Origin: a bacterium
Lineage (GTDB): Bacteria > Electryoneota > RPQS01
DNA: 64,000 nt
Direction of reading: 5' to 3'
NCBI GenBank assembly: GCA_016721565.1
Contig: JADKHW010000025.1
Span: forward strand, 1,416-65,415
Position numbers and translations under genes: made by a program
Notes under the pieces: model-generated
Told to the model about the DNA's origin: nothing
The model's database searches: none
The model's input: the letters and a program-made list of their open reading frames with translations, nothing else
Shown: positions 26,954 to 37,042 of the stretch, one piece after another
Numbering within the stretch: the first letter of the stretch is position 1
How the letters are laid out: every line of letters starts with the position of its first letter

Positions 26954-27870
26954 CATTGGCAAACACTTGGTTCTTTCAAGCAAATCCAGATGACTATAAT
27001 GTTGACGAATATTTAAGTAGATTCGACTATATCTACTGGAGCGTCAAAACGGGACTTCACATTCGGGAAATCCGATTGGGTGATGAAGCTACGGTTTGGC
27101 GAGCGCGGGTGAAGGCATTGGTAACGGTTACATGAGGAATCTTCGGTGTATCGTTGCTGAATTGCCTAAGTACGCCGGTTATGACTTTCCAACGAATCTT
27201 GGTGATGACCAATGTGTGGGTAAACATTGCTGATCGAGCAGATTTTCGCGTAGGCCTTAGAGTCATACAGTGCGCCCCAGCAAACGCCGTTCTTGTCAAT
27301 GAAGAGTTGCTGTTGCAGCATAACACATTAAACAGTTTGCTTGCGATAAGACAGCGAACAGGAACTTCATTTCGCGAGGAAAATCCTTCTATTCGACTCG
27401 CTCTCCGTGATCTTTGGAATTCACAAGACAGTGCGTGAGACCCAAACACGGGAATTCGTAGGCAGATGAAGGTGCACGAAAAGCTGCGAACCCACGTTTA
27501 TTATGAACGCGATCGCGACTTGTGGCCAGGAAGAAAGAGCAGTTCCTGGATCAAGCTTCGAGGCAAGTCAGTCGGTTTGTGAACTTGGTGGCTTTGATTT
27601 TGGAAATATTTCGGAAGGGCGCACCTCTCGGCGAGTGGATTCATACGCGAAGTACATCAGTCGTTGTGCCGGCCTCAAGGAGCTTTGTCGCATGAGACGG
27701 CAAAACAACACTTATGGTTTGACGCCGGACGTTGCCCAAACTGGTGGTGCCAGTCTCAAATGCGTTTGCACTTAGAATCGCAAACCTAAAGGAAAATGTT
27801 ATATGCACCAGGCGTTGTGGGGCCTTCAGGTTGTGACGGGAAATTAACTTTTACATACAACAAATTCTGC

Positions 27871-29074
27871 ATGACAAACGTTTACTTAGTGGACGCTCTC
27901 CGGACGCCGGTGGGCAAGCATAATGGTATATTGAAATCGGTGCGGCCTGATGATATGGCGGCGCTGGTGCTGAAGAAAGTCGTGGAACGCAACAAGATTG
28001 ATCCGGGTCTCGTGGACGAGGTCTATATGGGCTGTGCCAATCAGGCGGGCGAAGATAACCGCAACGTGGCGCGCATGGCCGTGCTGCTGGCGGGATTTCC
28101 ACATTCGGTGCCTGCCGTTACGGTGAACCGCCTCTGTGCTTCAGGCCTCGAAGCGGCGGCAATCGCGTTCCGGGCCATTGCATCAGGTGAAGGCAATTGC
28201 TACATTGCAGGAGGCGTTGAATCTATGACGCGCGCGCCCTTCAGTGTGCCCAAGCTTGAGAACGGCTTTTCCTTTCGGCAATCTGACGGCTTGGGACACA
28301 ACTTTGGGCTGGCGCTATCCGAATCCGGCCATGAAGGAGATGTTCCCGCTCGAATCCATGGGGGAAACGGCGGAGAATATCTATGAAAAATGGAATATCG
28401 CGCGCGAATTGCAGGACCAGTTTGCCTACGAGTCGCACCAGAAAGCGGTCGCGGCGCACGAACGCGGGCTGTTTGCCGAAGAGATAATTCCCGTCGAGAT
28501 TCCACAGAAGAAGGGCGATCCCCTGAAGCTCGACCGCGACGAGGGGCCGCGTGCAGATACCACGCTGGAAAAACTTGCGACTCTGAAGCCCGCCTTCCGC
28601 AAAGGAGGGACTGTAACACCAGGCAATTCGTCGAGTCTGAATGACGGAGCGGCGGCGCTGCTGATTTGTTCGGAAAAGTTTGTCAAAGAGCATAATCTGA
28701 AGCCATTGGCACGGATTGTTGGTTCGGCCTCGGCGGGTGTGGACCCGCGCTTCATGGGTATTGGGCCAGTCAACGCGGTGGAGAAACTGCTCGAACGCAC
28801 GGGCAGGACCCGGTTTGAGATCGGGCTGTGGGAGATAAACGAAGCCTTCGCCGTTCAAGTATTAGCGGTCATGGCCGAGCTTGATCCACCGATTGACCGC
28901 GTGAACTCGCGCGGCGGGGCGATTGCTATCGGGCATCCGCTGGGAATGTCGGGAGCACGCATTTTAGGCACCCTTGCACGCAGTATGCGCGATGCAGGGA
29001 CCAAGTGGGGGATAGCAAGCCTGTGTGTGGGGGTCGGGCAGGGACAGGCTATCTTGTTGGAAAATATGAACTAA
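27871..29074 (+). CDS. Thiolase (acetyl-CoA C-acyltransferase, PcaF/PaaJ/FadA-like) with a single-base frameshift near 28265-28290 that splits it into two ORFs.
   Basis: N-terminal half: MTNVYLVDALRTPVGKHNG ... NRLCASGLEA (active-site Cys). C-terminal half in another frame: DTTLGWRYPNP ... NEAFAVQ ... GHPLGMSGARIL ... CVGVGQG. Junction in a TTTT/TTT-rich tract. Confidence 0.8.
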
Positions 29075-29200
29075 ATTGGGTCTGGCGAATTTGCAAAAAT
29101 TGCCGTAAGTTGGCATAATGTTCGCTTTGTAATTTTCATAAACCTTTAACCACCTTTTAAGAAAGTAACTTGGGTGCCGCTGGGCACCGTCACCAACCCA

Positions 29201-29659
29201 ATGATTGTCAGCAACGCGACGATTGCGGACCTCCCCCAGCTCCTCGAGCTGATTGCCGAATACCAAGCCGACGGCGAAGAATTCGAGGCACAACCGGAAG
29301 ATGTGAACCGGACCTATTTGACAGAAATTTTAGAGAACGACCGCTTGGGACAAGTCCTGATTGGCCGCACCTCGAGCGGGCTTCCCGTAGGATTTCTGTT
29401 GCTGTATTTGACACCCTCGACGCTCGAAGCAGATCGTGTCCCCACAATTCTGGACATGTTCGTGCGTCAATCACAGCGCGAGAAAGGCTTTGGGCGGCAG
29501 CTCTTTGACCATGCCATCCGGTGGGCCAAGAAAGAGAAATTCGCGCACATAGATTGCCCCGTGGAAAACATGAACATGGTGGCACAATACCTGTTTGACT
29601 ACTACAAGGCCGACCAAGCCGGCCGCATCCTCTACTCAATTGATCTCACGAAAGAATAG
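29201..29659 (+). CDS. GNAT-family N-acetyltransferase.
   Basis: Acetyl-CoA binding block RQSQREKGFGRQLFDHAIRWAKKE (Q/RxxGxG/A). Confidence 0.75.
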   Translation: MIVSNATIADLPQLLELIAEYQADGEEFEAQPEDVNRTYLTEILENDRLGQVLIGRTSSGLPVGFLLLYLTPSTLEADRVPTILDMFVRQSQREKGFGRQLFDHAIRWAKKEKFAHIDCPVENMNMVAQYLFDYYKADQAGRILYSIDLTKE

Positions 29660-31345
29660 CCTCGTTCCGATCGTTATTCTGCTTTTCTTAGGCTTTGTTT
29701 GGGCAAAAACTCAGATGGAGCCAGAGAAGCATTTGGGCCGTACGCTGCCTTATACGAATCACGTGCGCGCGCCGCATCATTCGCTGGATGTGCTATACAC
29801 GTCGACAGATAGTCTGCCGCGCGGCATTCACGATTTGCAGACGACTACCGCGACGATTGACATTCCCGAATCGATTAATATTGAAGATATTGACGTGGGG
29901 ATGACGATACAGCATACGTGGGTGCGAGACCTGACGATTTGGCTAGAGCGGGATTCGTCGTATCTTGATTCAGTTGTTGATCACATCGTTTTTGAAATCG
30001 ATACGATTATCGGACAAGATACAACGTTCAGCCGCGATACCGTTTGGCGTGACATTTTTATTGATTCAATTGCTTCTGTTCAATTGCTGGATCTATTTCC
30101 CGGTGACTCGATTGTCAACATGACCGATTTTTGGTTTGACGACGATGCGGGGCGGGGAGTCTATGAAGCCTTGCCGCCGCTAACGGGTGGTTACAGACCG
30201 TTGCGTAGTTTGGACAGCATGTTTGTCGGACACAATGCGCAAGGGGACTGGCGCTTGAAAGTGCGTGACCGCTATTTGTTTGACGAGGGGTCGCTGCAGA
30301 ATTTCTGGATAGAGATAAACGGCGTTGCGTCGTTGTCGGGAACAGTGACGAACACTGTGAATAGTAATCCGATTGTCGGTGCTTCAATTTTTGTCATTGA
30401 TACTACAGTCATCGACACCACGCAAGTGGACTCAACAGGTGCAGACACTGTCGCGGTCGGGTTGACTTTGACAAACGGAACTTATAGCATATCGCGAATC
30501 GATCAGGGTAGTTATCGGGTCGTGGCTGCTGCTGCGAATTTCGATACCGCATTTGCGGATATTGCAATCGTCACGGGGCAAACCACTATTCAGGATTTTT
30601 CACTCTCAACTAATTCTGAGTTTATCAATTTTACTTACCACGGCGACTCAATTCAAATACCCGATTTCGGTCGGATAGAAGTTCCGCTCGTGGTCAGCTC
30701 GCAAGGTACAGTACAGGATTTGGATGTAACCATAAACTGCGCGAGTACATGGATTGGCGAAATGGTGTTCACGCTGAAGCATCCGGGCGGCGATACGATT
30801 ACACTGTTCAAGACCGACAATCCGTTGATTGATATCGGCGACGATATGATCAATTGCCGATTTGATGATGAAGCCAGTCAATCATTTGAAGCAGGACAGC
30901 CCCTTTACGGGTAGCTTCCGTCCGCTGGATTCTTGGCACGATTTTGACAATCGTTCAGCGGAAGGTACATGGACACTAAATTGTGAAGATTATGCGCAGG
31001 GCGATTCGGCTAAGCTTGCAGGTTCACTTGCATTTACAAATGGCTCCTGCGGCTACGGACGATGCCCCAATCAGCGTTCCAGAGCTGTTTCACCTTCATC
31101 CGGCCTATCCAAATCCGTTCAATGCGAACGTCAGTTTGAGTTTGGATGTGACGCGGACGCAGAATGTTCAGCTTCAGGTGTTTGACATTACGGGCCGGTT
31201 GGTCGAAACGCTGCATAGCGGAAAGCTGAATGCAGGTTCGCATAGATTTATTTGGTCACCGCTGACTGCCGCGAGCGGAATGTATTTCGTGCGCGCATAT
31301 TCGCAAGACTTGTCACAGACGATTAAGGTCGTCTTGTTGAAATAG
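29640..31345 (+). CDS. T9SS cargo protein: P-domain (proprotein-convertase-type) + carboxypeptidase-regulatory-like domain + second P-domain + T9SS CTD. Interrupted by two homopolymer frameshifts (about 30903 in CCCC, about 31064 in CCCC). Start inferred at TTG 29640.
   Basis: Signal peptide ISRKNSLVPIVILLFLGFVWA. P-domain blocks IDVGMTIQHTWVRDLTIWLE and LDVTINCASTWIGEMVFTLKHPGGDT ... NCRFDDEA ... GTWTLNCED. SGTVTN ... PIVGASIFV. CTD HPAYPNPFNANVSL ... KVVLLK in frame +2. Confidence 0.65.
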
Positions 31346-31419
31346 TATTTAGAACCATTCTTATAATCATCCGGCTCGTTCCCCGGGCGAGCGGACAAAA
31401 AAACAGAAGAGAGAGACAC

Positions 31420-33112
31420 ATGCAAAAATTTGGAAAACTTTTAATCTTGGCGGCATGCCTGGCGCTGATTAGTTCAGCGATTGCCGGCAAGGTCAAGGGA
31501 CCCGATGCCAGCTTAGTCGGCAAGAACGGTACGGTTCAGTACGTTACGCAAGGCGCTTCCGATTTTCAGCTTCCGGCTGTCGGAACGCGCAATCCTAATT
31601 CGCTTGACGAAGTAATCATCTCGGAAAACTTTGACGCGCTTACGCCCGGCTCGCTTCCGACGGGTTGGATCATGGTTGACGTGGACAATGCAAATTGCTC
31701 CGATGCCAACTGGCCGTTCGATCAGTCTGAATGGACCACTCTTGGTGCACCGTTCCCTGCCCACAGCGGTACGAACCAAGCTGGGAACGTTTACAATGAC
31801 GGCGCAGTTCCGAACAACGATTGGTTGATCCTTCCGCAGCAAAACCTGACGGGCGAAATCACGCTGACCTTCTGGGCCGCTTCACAGCAGGCTCCGTACC
31901 TTGAGACGTTTGCGGTCAAGGTTTCGACGACGGGAACGGATCCGGAAGATTTTACGAACACCATTCAGACCTTCACGAGCATTCCAATTACTTGGACTGA
32001 GCATGTGATTGACCTGAGTGCCTATGCGGGCGCGCCGTTTTACGTTGCGTTCCACCCACGTCTGTTGACATGTGGGTGATCAAGATTGACGACATTCTGC
32101 TCGAAGCCGGCGAAGCCCTCCGACAGGAACGATTGCCGGTACGGTGACTGCATTTGGTACGGGCACCCCGATTGTCGGTGCGACCGTTCAAGTTGAAGGC
32201 GGCCCGAGCGCTACGACGGTTGCGGGCGGTGCTTACACAATGAGCGTGCCTGCCGGAACCTATAACGTGACGGCCAGCGCAGCGAACTACGAAGACGATA
32301 CCTCGACCGGCGTGGTCGTTGTTGCAAGCCAGACCACGACGTCCAACTTCGAATTGCTCGTATCCAATATCGTCACGACGAACTACACCTCTGCCGCCAC
32401 GCCGGTGAACATACCGGATGATGACGATGCGGGTGCTACCAAGAACTTGGTCATCAATGACGACTTCTTGATTGACGACGTGGACGTGACCGTGAACATC
32501 ACACACACCTACATTTCGGATTTGGATCTTTATCTTGTTGCTCCGTGGGGCGATTCAGTTCAATTGGCTGAAGACCCGACAACTTTCCCCCCAGGCGCGA
32601 ACATGACGAATTGCCGCTTTGATGACGAAGCTGCAACAGAGTTTGACTATACGACCGGCACGCCGCCGTTCACCGGTAGCTTCCAGCCATTTGGCGAACT
32701 GGAAGCCTTCGACGGTTTCACCTCGATGGGTACGTGGAGACTGCGAGCTGTTGATAACGAATCTGCAGACGTCGGCACGATTGGAATCTTCATCATTCAC
32801 ATCACGCATGAAGCTGAAGCTGTTGGTGATCGCGGCGAAGGCATCCCGACGGGCTTTGCGTTGCATGAAGCCTTCCCGAATCCGTTCAACCCGACCACGC
32901 GCATTGACTTTGACGTGCCGGTGACGACGAATGCGGACTTGACGATTTACAATTCGCTCGGTCAGGAAGTCGCAACGCTCGCCAGCGGTACGATGAATGC
33001 CGGTCTGCACACGGTGTATTTCGATGCATCGTCGCTGACCTCGGGAATCTACTTCGCTCAGCTTCGCGCGGGTAATTTTGTCTCAACGCAAAAGCTTGTG
33101 TTGATGAAGTAA
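31420..33112 (+). CDS. T9SS cargo protein: cleaved-adhesin (gingipain/HagA-type) domain + carboxypeptidase-regulatory-like domain + P-domain + T9SS CTD. Interrupted by two C-homopolymer deletions (about 32055, about 32117).
   Basis: Signal MQKFGKLLILAACLALISSAIA. Cleaved-adhesin block LPTGWIMVDVDNANCSDANW ... NNDWLILPQQNL ... FWAASQQAPYLETFAVKVSTTG. GTIAGTVTAFGTGTPIVGATVQV. P-domain VDVTVNITHTYISDLDLYLVAPWGD ... NCRFDDEA ... GTWRLRAVDN. CTD FPNPFNPTTRIDF ... KLVLMK. Confidence 0.7.
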
Positions 33113-33165
33113 GTAGCTCGACTGGGGCATCCGCAGCGGATGCTGCAACGATATTGCTTGATAGA

Positions 33166-33199
33166 AAAGCGGCGGCTCGAAAGAGCCGCCGCTCTTTTT
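33166..33199 (+). terminator. Intrinsic terminator after the cleaved-adhesin gene.
   Basis: GCGGCGGCTC-gaaa-GAGCCGCCGC stem with GNRA loop, followed by TCTTTTT. Preceded by a second hairpin GCATCCGC-agc-GGATGC. Confidence 0.7.
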
Positions 33200-33325
33200 G
33201 TGAGAATATCACTCACGATTAATGACCCTCGTTATGCCTCCCAGAGAGTCTCATTGGTTATCACCAAATTGTTTGAAAACATATGTTATGATACGAACCC
33301 ACAGTATAGATCAGCGTGTAAATAC

Positions 33326-33458
33326 TTGCACAGGCAAAAATGCGAGCGTATATTGTGCACGTTGCTTTTGCGCAACCTCAAACCGATCTCCCTGTCATCC
33401 GGTTACCTCCCAGCCGGATGAGACAATGAAGCCCTCGCTGCAAAGCGGGGGCTTTTTT
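33326..33458 (+). ncRNA. Candidate small RNA of about 100 nt: sigma70-like promoter, three hairpins (one with a CCUCCC loop), strong intrinsic terminator. No downstream gene for 320 nt.
   Basis: TTGCAC (33326-31), 17-nt spacer, TATATT (33349-54). Hairpins GUUGC-uuuugc-GCAAC and CAUCCGG-uuaccucccag-CCGGAUG. Terminator GCCCUCGCU-gcaa-AGCGGGGGC + U6 (33431-33458). The overlapping 80-aa ORF has no coding character. Confidence 0.35.
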
Positions 33459-33779
33459 GCATGATAAGGAATTCACGAAATCCGTTCGCATTTTGCATAA
33501 CTATAGTTCATAGCCTCCTTTTATTTGCAAACCAAATCCGGAAGAAGTCAACCTTGTGTACGTCGGCATAACTTAAATTTTATCATCTTTCACTTCGATT
33601 ATTTGCATAGACAATTGAATCAAATATTTACAAATTTACTTTGACAGAAATACAATTCAAGATGTTATAGCATTAGTCAAGAAATCATTTTGTAACTATT
33701 TTACGTTGCCGACCCGCAACATGATTGCTATGCTGCCCCGGCTGACTTATATTTGGGTGTCGAATTATAGAATGCATAC

Positions 33780-34988
33780 ATGAAAGAGCTGAGGAGACCC
33801 ATGAAAAAATTTAGCGCGTTTGTTTTGCTTGCCGCATTGATCTCGACTGCCGCTTATGCAATTCCGCCGTGTGAAGCGACGGGCTGCCGCACACAGACGC
33901 AAGGCGGTTGGGGCAACGATTGCCACGGCGGCAATCCGGGTTGCTATCGCGACGCACATTTCGCCGAAGCATTTCCAAGCGGCTTGACCATCGGCGGCAC
34001 GTTTACGATTCAATTTTCGTCCGCTAATGCCATTAGAATCTTTTTGCCAGCAGGAAGCACAGGTGGTTCGTTAACACAAAATCACACTGATCCGGCCAGC
34101 ACCGAAGCCGGAGTGTTCGCAGGTCAAGTGACTGCTCTTGCATTGTCGCTTGGATTTTCGGATGCCGGACTTCCAGGTTTCTGTGATTTAGGAAGCCTCT
34201 ACTATCTCAGTCCTATCGCAATCGACGGCAGTCCGTTCTCCGGCATGACTGTTTATGAATTGTTTGATCTTGCCAATGAAGTGCTCGGCGGCAATCTTGC
34301 CAACTTGCCCGGCGGCACGACGCTTTCTAATTTGAATGACGTCATCACGGCGATCAACGAAAACTATGATAACGGCACAACTGATAACGGAGATCTCGTC
34401 TGTGATATTGAGCTTGCAGCTGAATTGATTTCGTTCTCAGCAGTTGCACGCGATGGTTCAATTGAACTCGCTTGGGCCACCGCATCGGAAAGCGACGTGC
34501 AGCGATTTGAGGTTGAACGCGCAGTCAATGGCAATTGGAGTGTCGTGGGTATTGTGAACGGACTTGGCGACAGCCCAGTCGGTCATAGCTACCGCTTTGC
34601 CGATGAGAACATCATTAACGGCACGACCTACAGCTATCGTTTGGCCGAGCTTGCCGCAAACGGCAATCGCAGCACGATGCCGAATGTTGTCCAAGTGGAA
34701 GCGGGAATTGAATCCGCATTGCCGACAGAGTTTTCACTTATGCAGAACTATCCGAATCCGTTTAACCCAAGCACGCAGATTTCGTTCTCGCTGCCTGATG
34801 CTTCGAACGTAACTTTGGCGGTGTTTGACGCACTGGGCAGGAATGTGGGCACTTTGGTGAAGGGTACGATGGCTGCAGGCACGCATAATGTCAATTTTGA
34901 CGCCGCGAATTTGTCGAACGGTATCTACTTCTATCAGCTTAAGGCCGGAGAATTTTCCGCTGTCCGTAAGATGATGCTGTTGAAATAA
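33780..34988 (+). CDS. Secreted T9SS cargo protein of unknown function: Cys-containing N-domain, Fn3-like module shared with the 85..1374 protein, T9SS CTD.
   Basis: Signal peptide MKKFSAFVLLAALISTAAYA. Module ELISFSAVARDGSIELAWATASESDVQRFEVERAV ... is homologous to ELASFGGSSTSNGVALNWSTASETNNDRFEISRV in the first gene. CTD YPNPFNPSTQISF ... RKMMLLK. Confidence 0.65.
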   Translation: MKELRRPMKKFSAFVLLAALISTAAYAIPPCEATGCRTQTQGGWGNDCHGGNPGCYRDAHFAEAFPSGLTIGGTFTIQFSSANAIRIFLPAGSTGGSLTQNHTDPASTEAGVFAGQVTALALSLGFSDAGLPGFCDLGSLYYLSPIAIDGSPFSGMTVYELFDLANEVLGGNLANLPGGTTLSNLNDVITAINENYDNGTTDNGDLVCDIELAAELISFSAVARDGSIELAWATASESDVQRFEVERAVNGNWSVVGIVNGLGDSPVGHSYRFADENIINGTTYSYRLAELAANGNRSTMPNVVQVEAGIESALPTEFSLMQNYPNPFNPSTQISFSLPDASNVTLAVFDALGRNVGTLVKGTMAAGTHNVNFDAANLSNGIYFYQLKAGEFSAVRKMMLLK

Positions 34989-35008
34989 TCATCAATCAAA
35001 TACGACGT

Positions 35009-35046
35009 AAAACGCCCGTCCGAGATTCGGACGGGCGTTTTGTTTT
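35009..35046. terminator. Bidirectional intrinsic terminator between convergent genes.
   Basis: AAAA-ACGCCCGTCCGA-gat-TCGGACGGGCGT-TTTGTTTT. Confidence 0.7.
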
Positions 35047-35059
35047 ACAAAATTGAAGG

Positions 35060-37042
35060 TTACTTGCCGAGCTTTTGCGCGTACTCAGGCCAATAACTAT
35101 TGTTTGGATCTTCACGTGAATAGAACGTCAAGAGACTTCTTGCCGTGGCAATGTCTCCGGTCTTTGCGACGGAGTCCACCATGCATGCTCGCGAAATCCA
35201 CTTCTTCATGGTGTTTCCGTATGCGACGGTCGAATCAACGAGTAATGCTGTATCTACTAAATCACGTGCGCGCGTAAGTTCTCCGCGTTTCGCCTGTGCA
35301 GTTGCATAGTAGAATAGATTACCAGCATACTCTTTGTTGGCGCGCGCGGCTTCCATTGCATAGTATGAAGCTTCGTTTATTTTGTCTGACAGCTTGTAGG
35401 CTTCTGCCAGATTGTACAGATAGCGCGGGTTCTTGTCCGAGGCAACGGCCTTCTCCCACGCTTCGACGCGCTTGTCAAGTTCACCTGTCTTCTGATAATA
35501 GAGAGCCAGATTCTCCCAGCCGTAGCCTGAGCGCGATGCGTCTATGTTGAGCAGCGCTCTGAAATGCGCGATGGCTGAACTTTCCACTGTCTGCACAACG
35601 ACGGCCGGAACGAGAATCAGCAGAATGATTGCCAACAGACTCGCGCGCAATTTAGGAAGTTGAATTGCATCAAACTCGAATTGCGAAAGTCTCCAAGCTC
35701 CGTAAAACATCGTCGGCCACAGCGCGGCGGTAACGATGTCCCAATCGCGAGCCATGCCTAAGTTCGGACTGAAGACGGCGGCGAAAAACGCGCTCGCTCC
35801 GGCGGCGAGTAGCAGGAAGTTCTCTTGATTGTTCGCGCGAACACTGCCTGATCTTCTACGCGTCAACACAAGCGCCAAAACCGCTGCTCCGCAGGCCCAC
35901 CATGCGAGATTGATGAGGTCCATGAAATGCCTGACCGAGAGAAGCGCGTAACCATCCTTCACCCATAACGGCAAAAGCGGCATTACGCTGATCCACCCTC
36001 TCCATCCTTTGACATATAGATAACTGACCAAACCTATCGCAAGAAACGCAATGACAAGAATTTTCATCCGTTTGAACTGCGCAGTAGTGTCTTGCTGATC
36101 TTGATCACGCTGCTCAAAGTGCATCGTCCATAACAGATACACGAGTGCGGGCAGCATCACAATCGCCATATAGTGCATGCAGACGGCGAGCATGAATAGC
36201 AGAATCGGGATAATAGGAATGGTGCGCGGGGGTTCCATTGCTTTGAGTCCGGCTATCAGGAACAGAACCATCGCCAGCGTAACCCACGCGTAGTTCTCAA
36301 CATAGCCAAAATAGGCCAGCCAACCACCGCACGACAAGATCATCAGCCAGAAGACACTCGGTTCAAACTCTTGGCGCGAACGGACAAACCGCAGGAGGAT
36401 TAAAACAAGCAAGACTCCAGCTATAGCAGACAATATTCTGTAGCACCACATCGCAAGCACGCGGTACTTGAGTTGCCGCTCAACCCGAGCTTGCTGTCCG
36501 GCGCGGCCTTTCTCAACTTTGATGTCCGGTCCAACCAGCTGCATCGCGATTCGGAACGCACCTTCATGCAGCAGCATTGTGCCTGGCTCTTTTTGCGAGA
36601 AGAACCTTCCTGGTGGAATGGTCTCATTGGATTCGATCATGTCACCGACGTGCGCAAGCCGCGTCAAACAAAGTTGACCGTCTCCCAGCAAACTGCCTTG
36701 CACGCTTAGAAGTGTAAACAAAGCGAACGCTGCAATGGCCAACTGTTTTGGTTTAATTGAAATCTTGCGCAACACTTCGTGTTCGACAATTCGAATACCA
36801 TATGGAGACAACAGCAGCGCCGCTAACAGTAGTAGCGGGATTGCAAGTGCAAGATGCATAAACGCAAATTGATGCGCGGCCCAAATCCGCCACTCGGGAA
36901 CAAGCAGTGCAAGCACAGACAACGCCAATGTGGCCACACCGAACCACCAAATTGCCGTAATGACTCTATTGTCAACAGGCTCTTTGACGATTGGAACGAT
37001 CTCTGGGACGTGCTCAGCTTTGGGCAACTTGTGCTTTGCCAT
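35060..37042 (-). CDS. Polytopic membrane protein with C-terminal periplasmic TPR repeats (PMT_2 / DUF2723-like glycosylation-associated architecture).
   Basis: At least 10 TM helices through residue about 470, then TPR-like repeats (YLYNLAEAYKLSDKINEASYYAMEAA ...). Confidence 0.5.
   Translation of the reverse strand: MAKHKLPKAEHVPEIVPIVKEPVDNRVITAIWWFGVATLALSVLALLVPEWRIWAAHQFAFMHLALAIPLLLLAALLLSPYGIRIVEHEVLRKISIKPKQLAIAAFALFTLLSVQGSLLGDGQLCLTRLAHVGDMIESNETIPPGRFFSQKEPGTMLLHEGAFRIAMQLVGPDIKVEKGRAGQQARVERQLKYRVLAMWCYRILSAIAGVLLVLILLRFVRSRQEFEPSVFWLMILSCGGWLAYFGYVENYAWVTLAMVLFLIAGLKAMEPPRTIPIIPILLFMLAVCMHYMAIVMLPALVYLLWTMHFEQRDQDQQDTTAQFKRMKILVIAFLAIGLVSYLYVKGWRGWISVMPLLPLWVKDGYALLSVRHFMDLINLAWWACGAAVLALVLTRRRSGSVRANNQENFLLLAAGASAFFAAVFSPNLGMARDWDIVTAALWPTMFYGAWRLSQFEFDAIQLPKLRASLLAIILLILVPAVVVQTVESSAIAHFRALLNIDASRSGYGWENLALYYQKTGELDKRVEAWEKAVASDKNPRYLYNLAEAYKLSDKINEASYYAMEAARANKEYAGNLFYYATAQAKRGELTRARDLVDTALLVDSTVAYGNTMKKWISRACMVDSVAKTGDIATARSLLTFYSREDPNNSYWPEYAQKLGK

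Noticed and set aside
27057-27775. Three ORFs of about 90-130 aa (27057..27449 minus, 27154..27438 plus, 27503..27775 plus) in the patatin-thiolase gap.
   Set aside because: Mutually overlapping, no recognisable motifs, no RBS. Retained only as part of the gene-free-tract finding.
29595-33112. Programmed ribosomal frameshifting in the paralogous P-domain cargo genes.
   Set aside because: Shift sites are plain C3/C4 runs without slippery heptamers or downstream pseudoknots. Identical error types occur in unrelated genes (thiolase, TPR), so technical indels are the simpler explanation.
33222-33464. 80-aa ORF covering the candidate sRNA region.
   Set aside because: No start context and Cys/Arg-rich nonsense composition. 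The region is better explained by the promoter-hairpins-terminator RNA unit.
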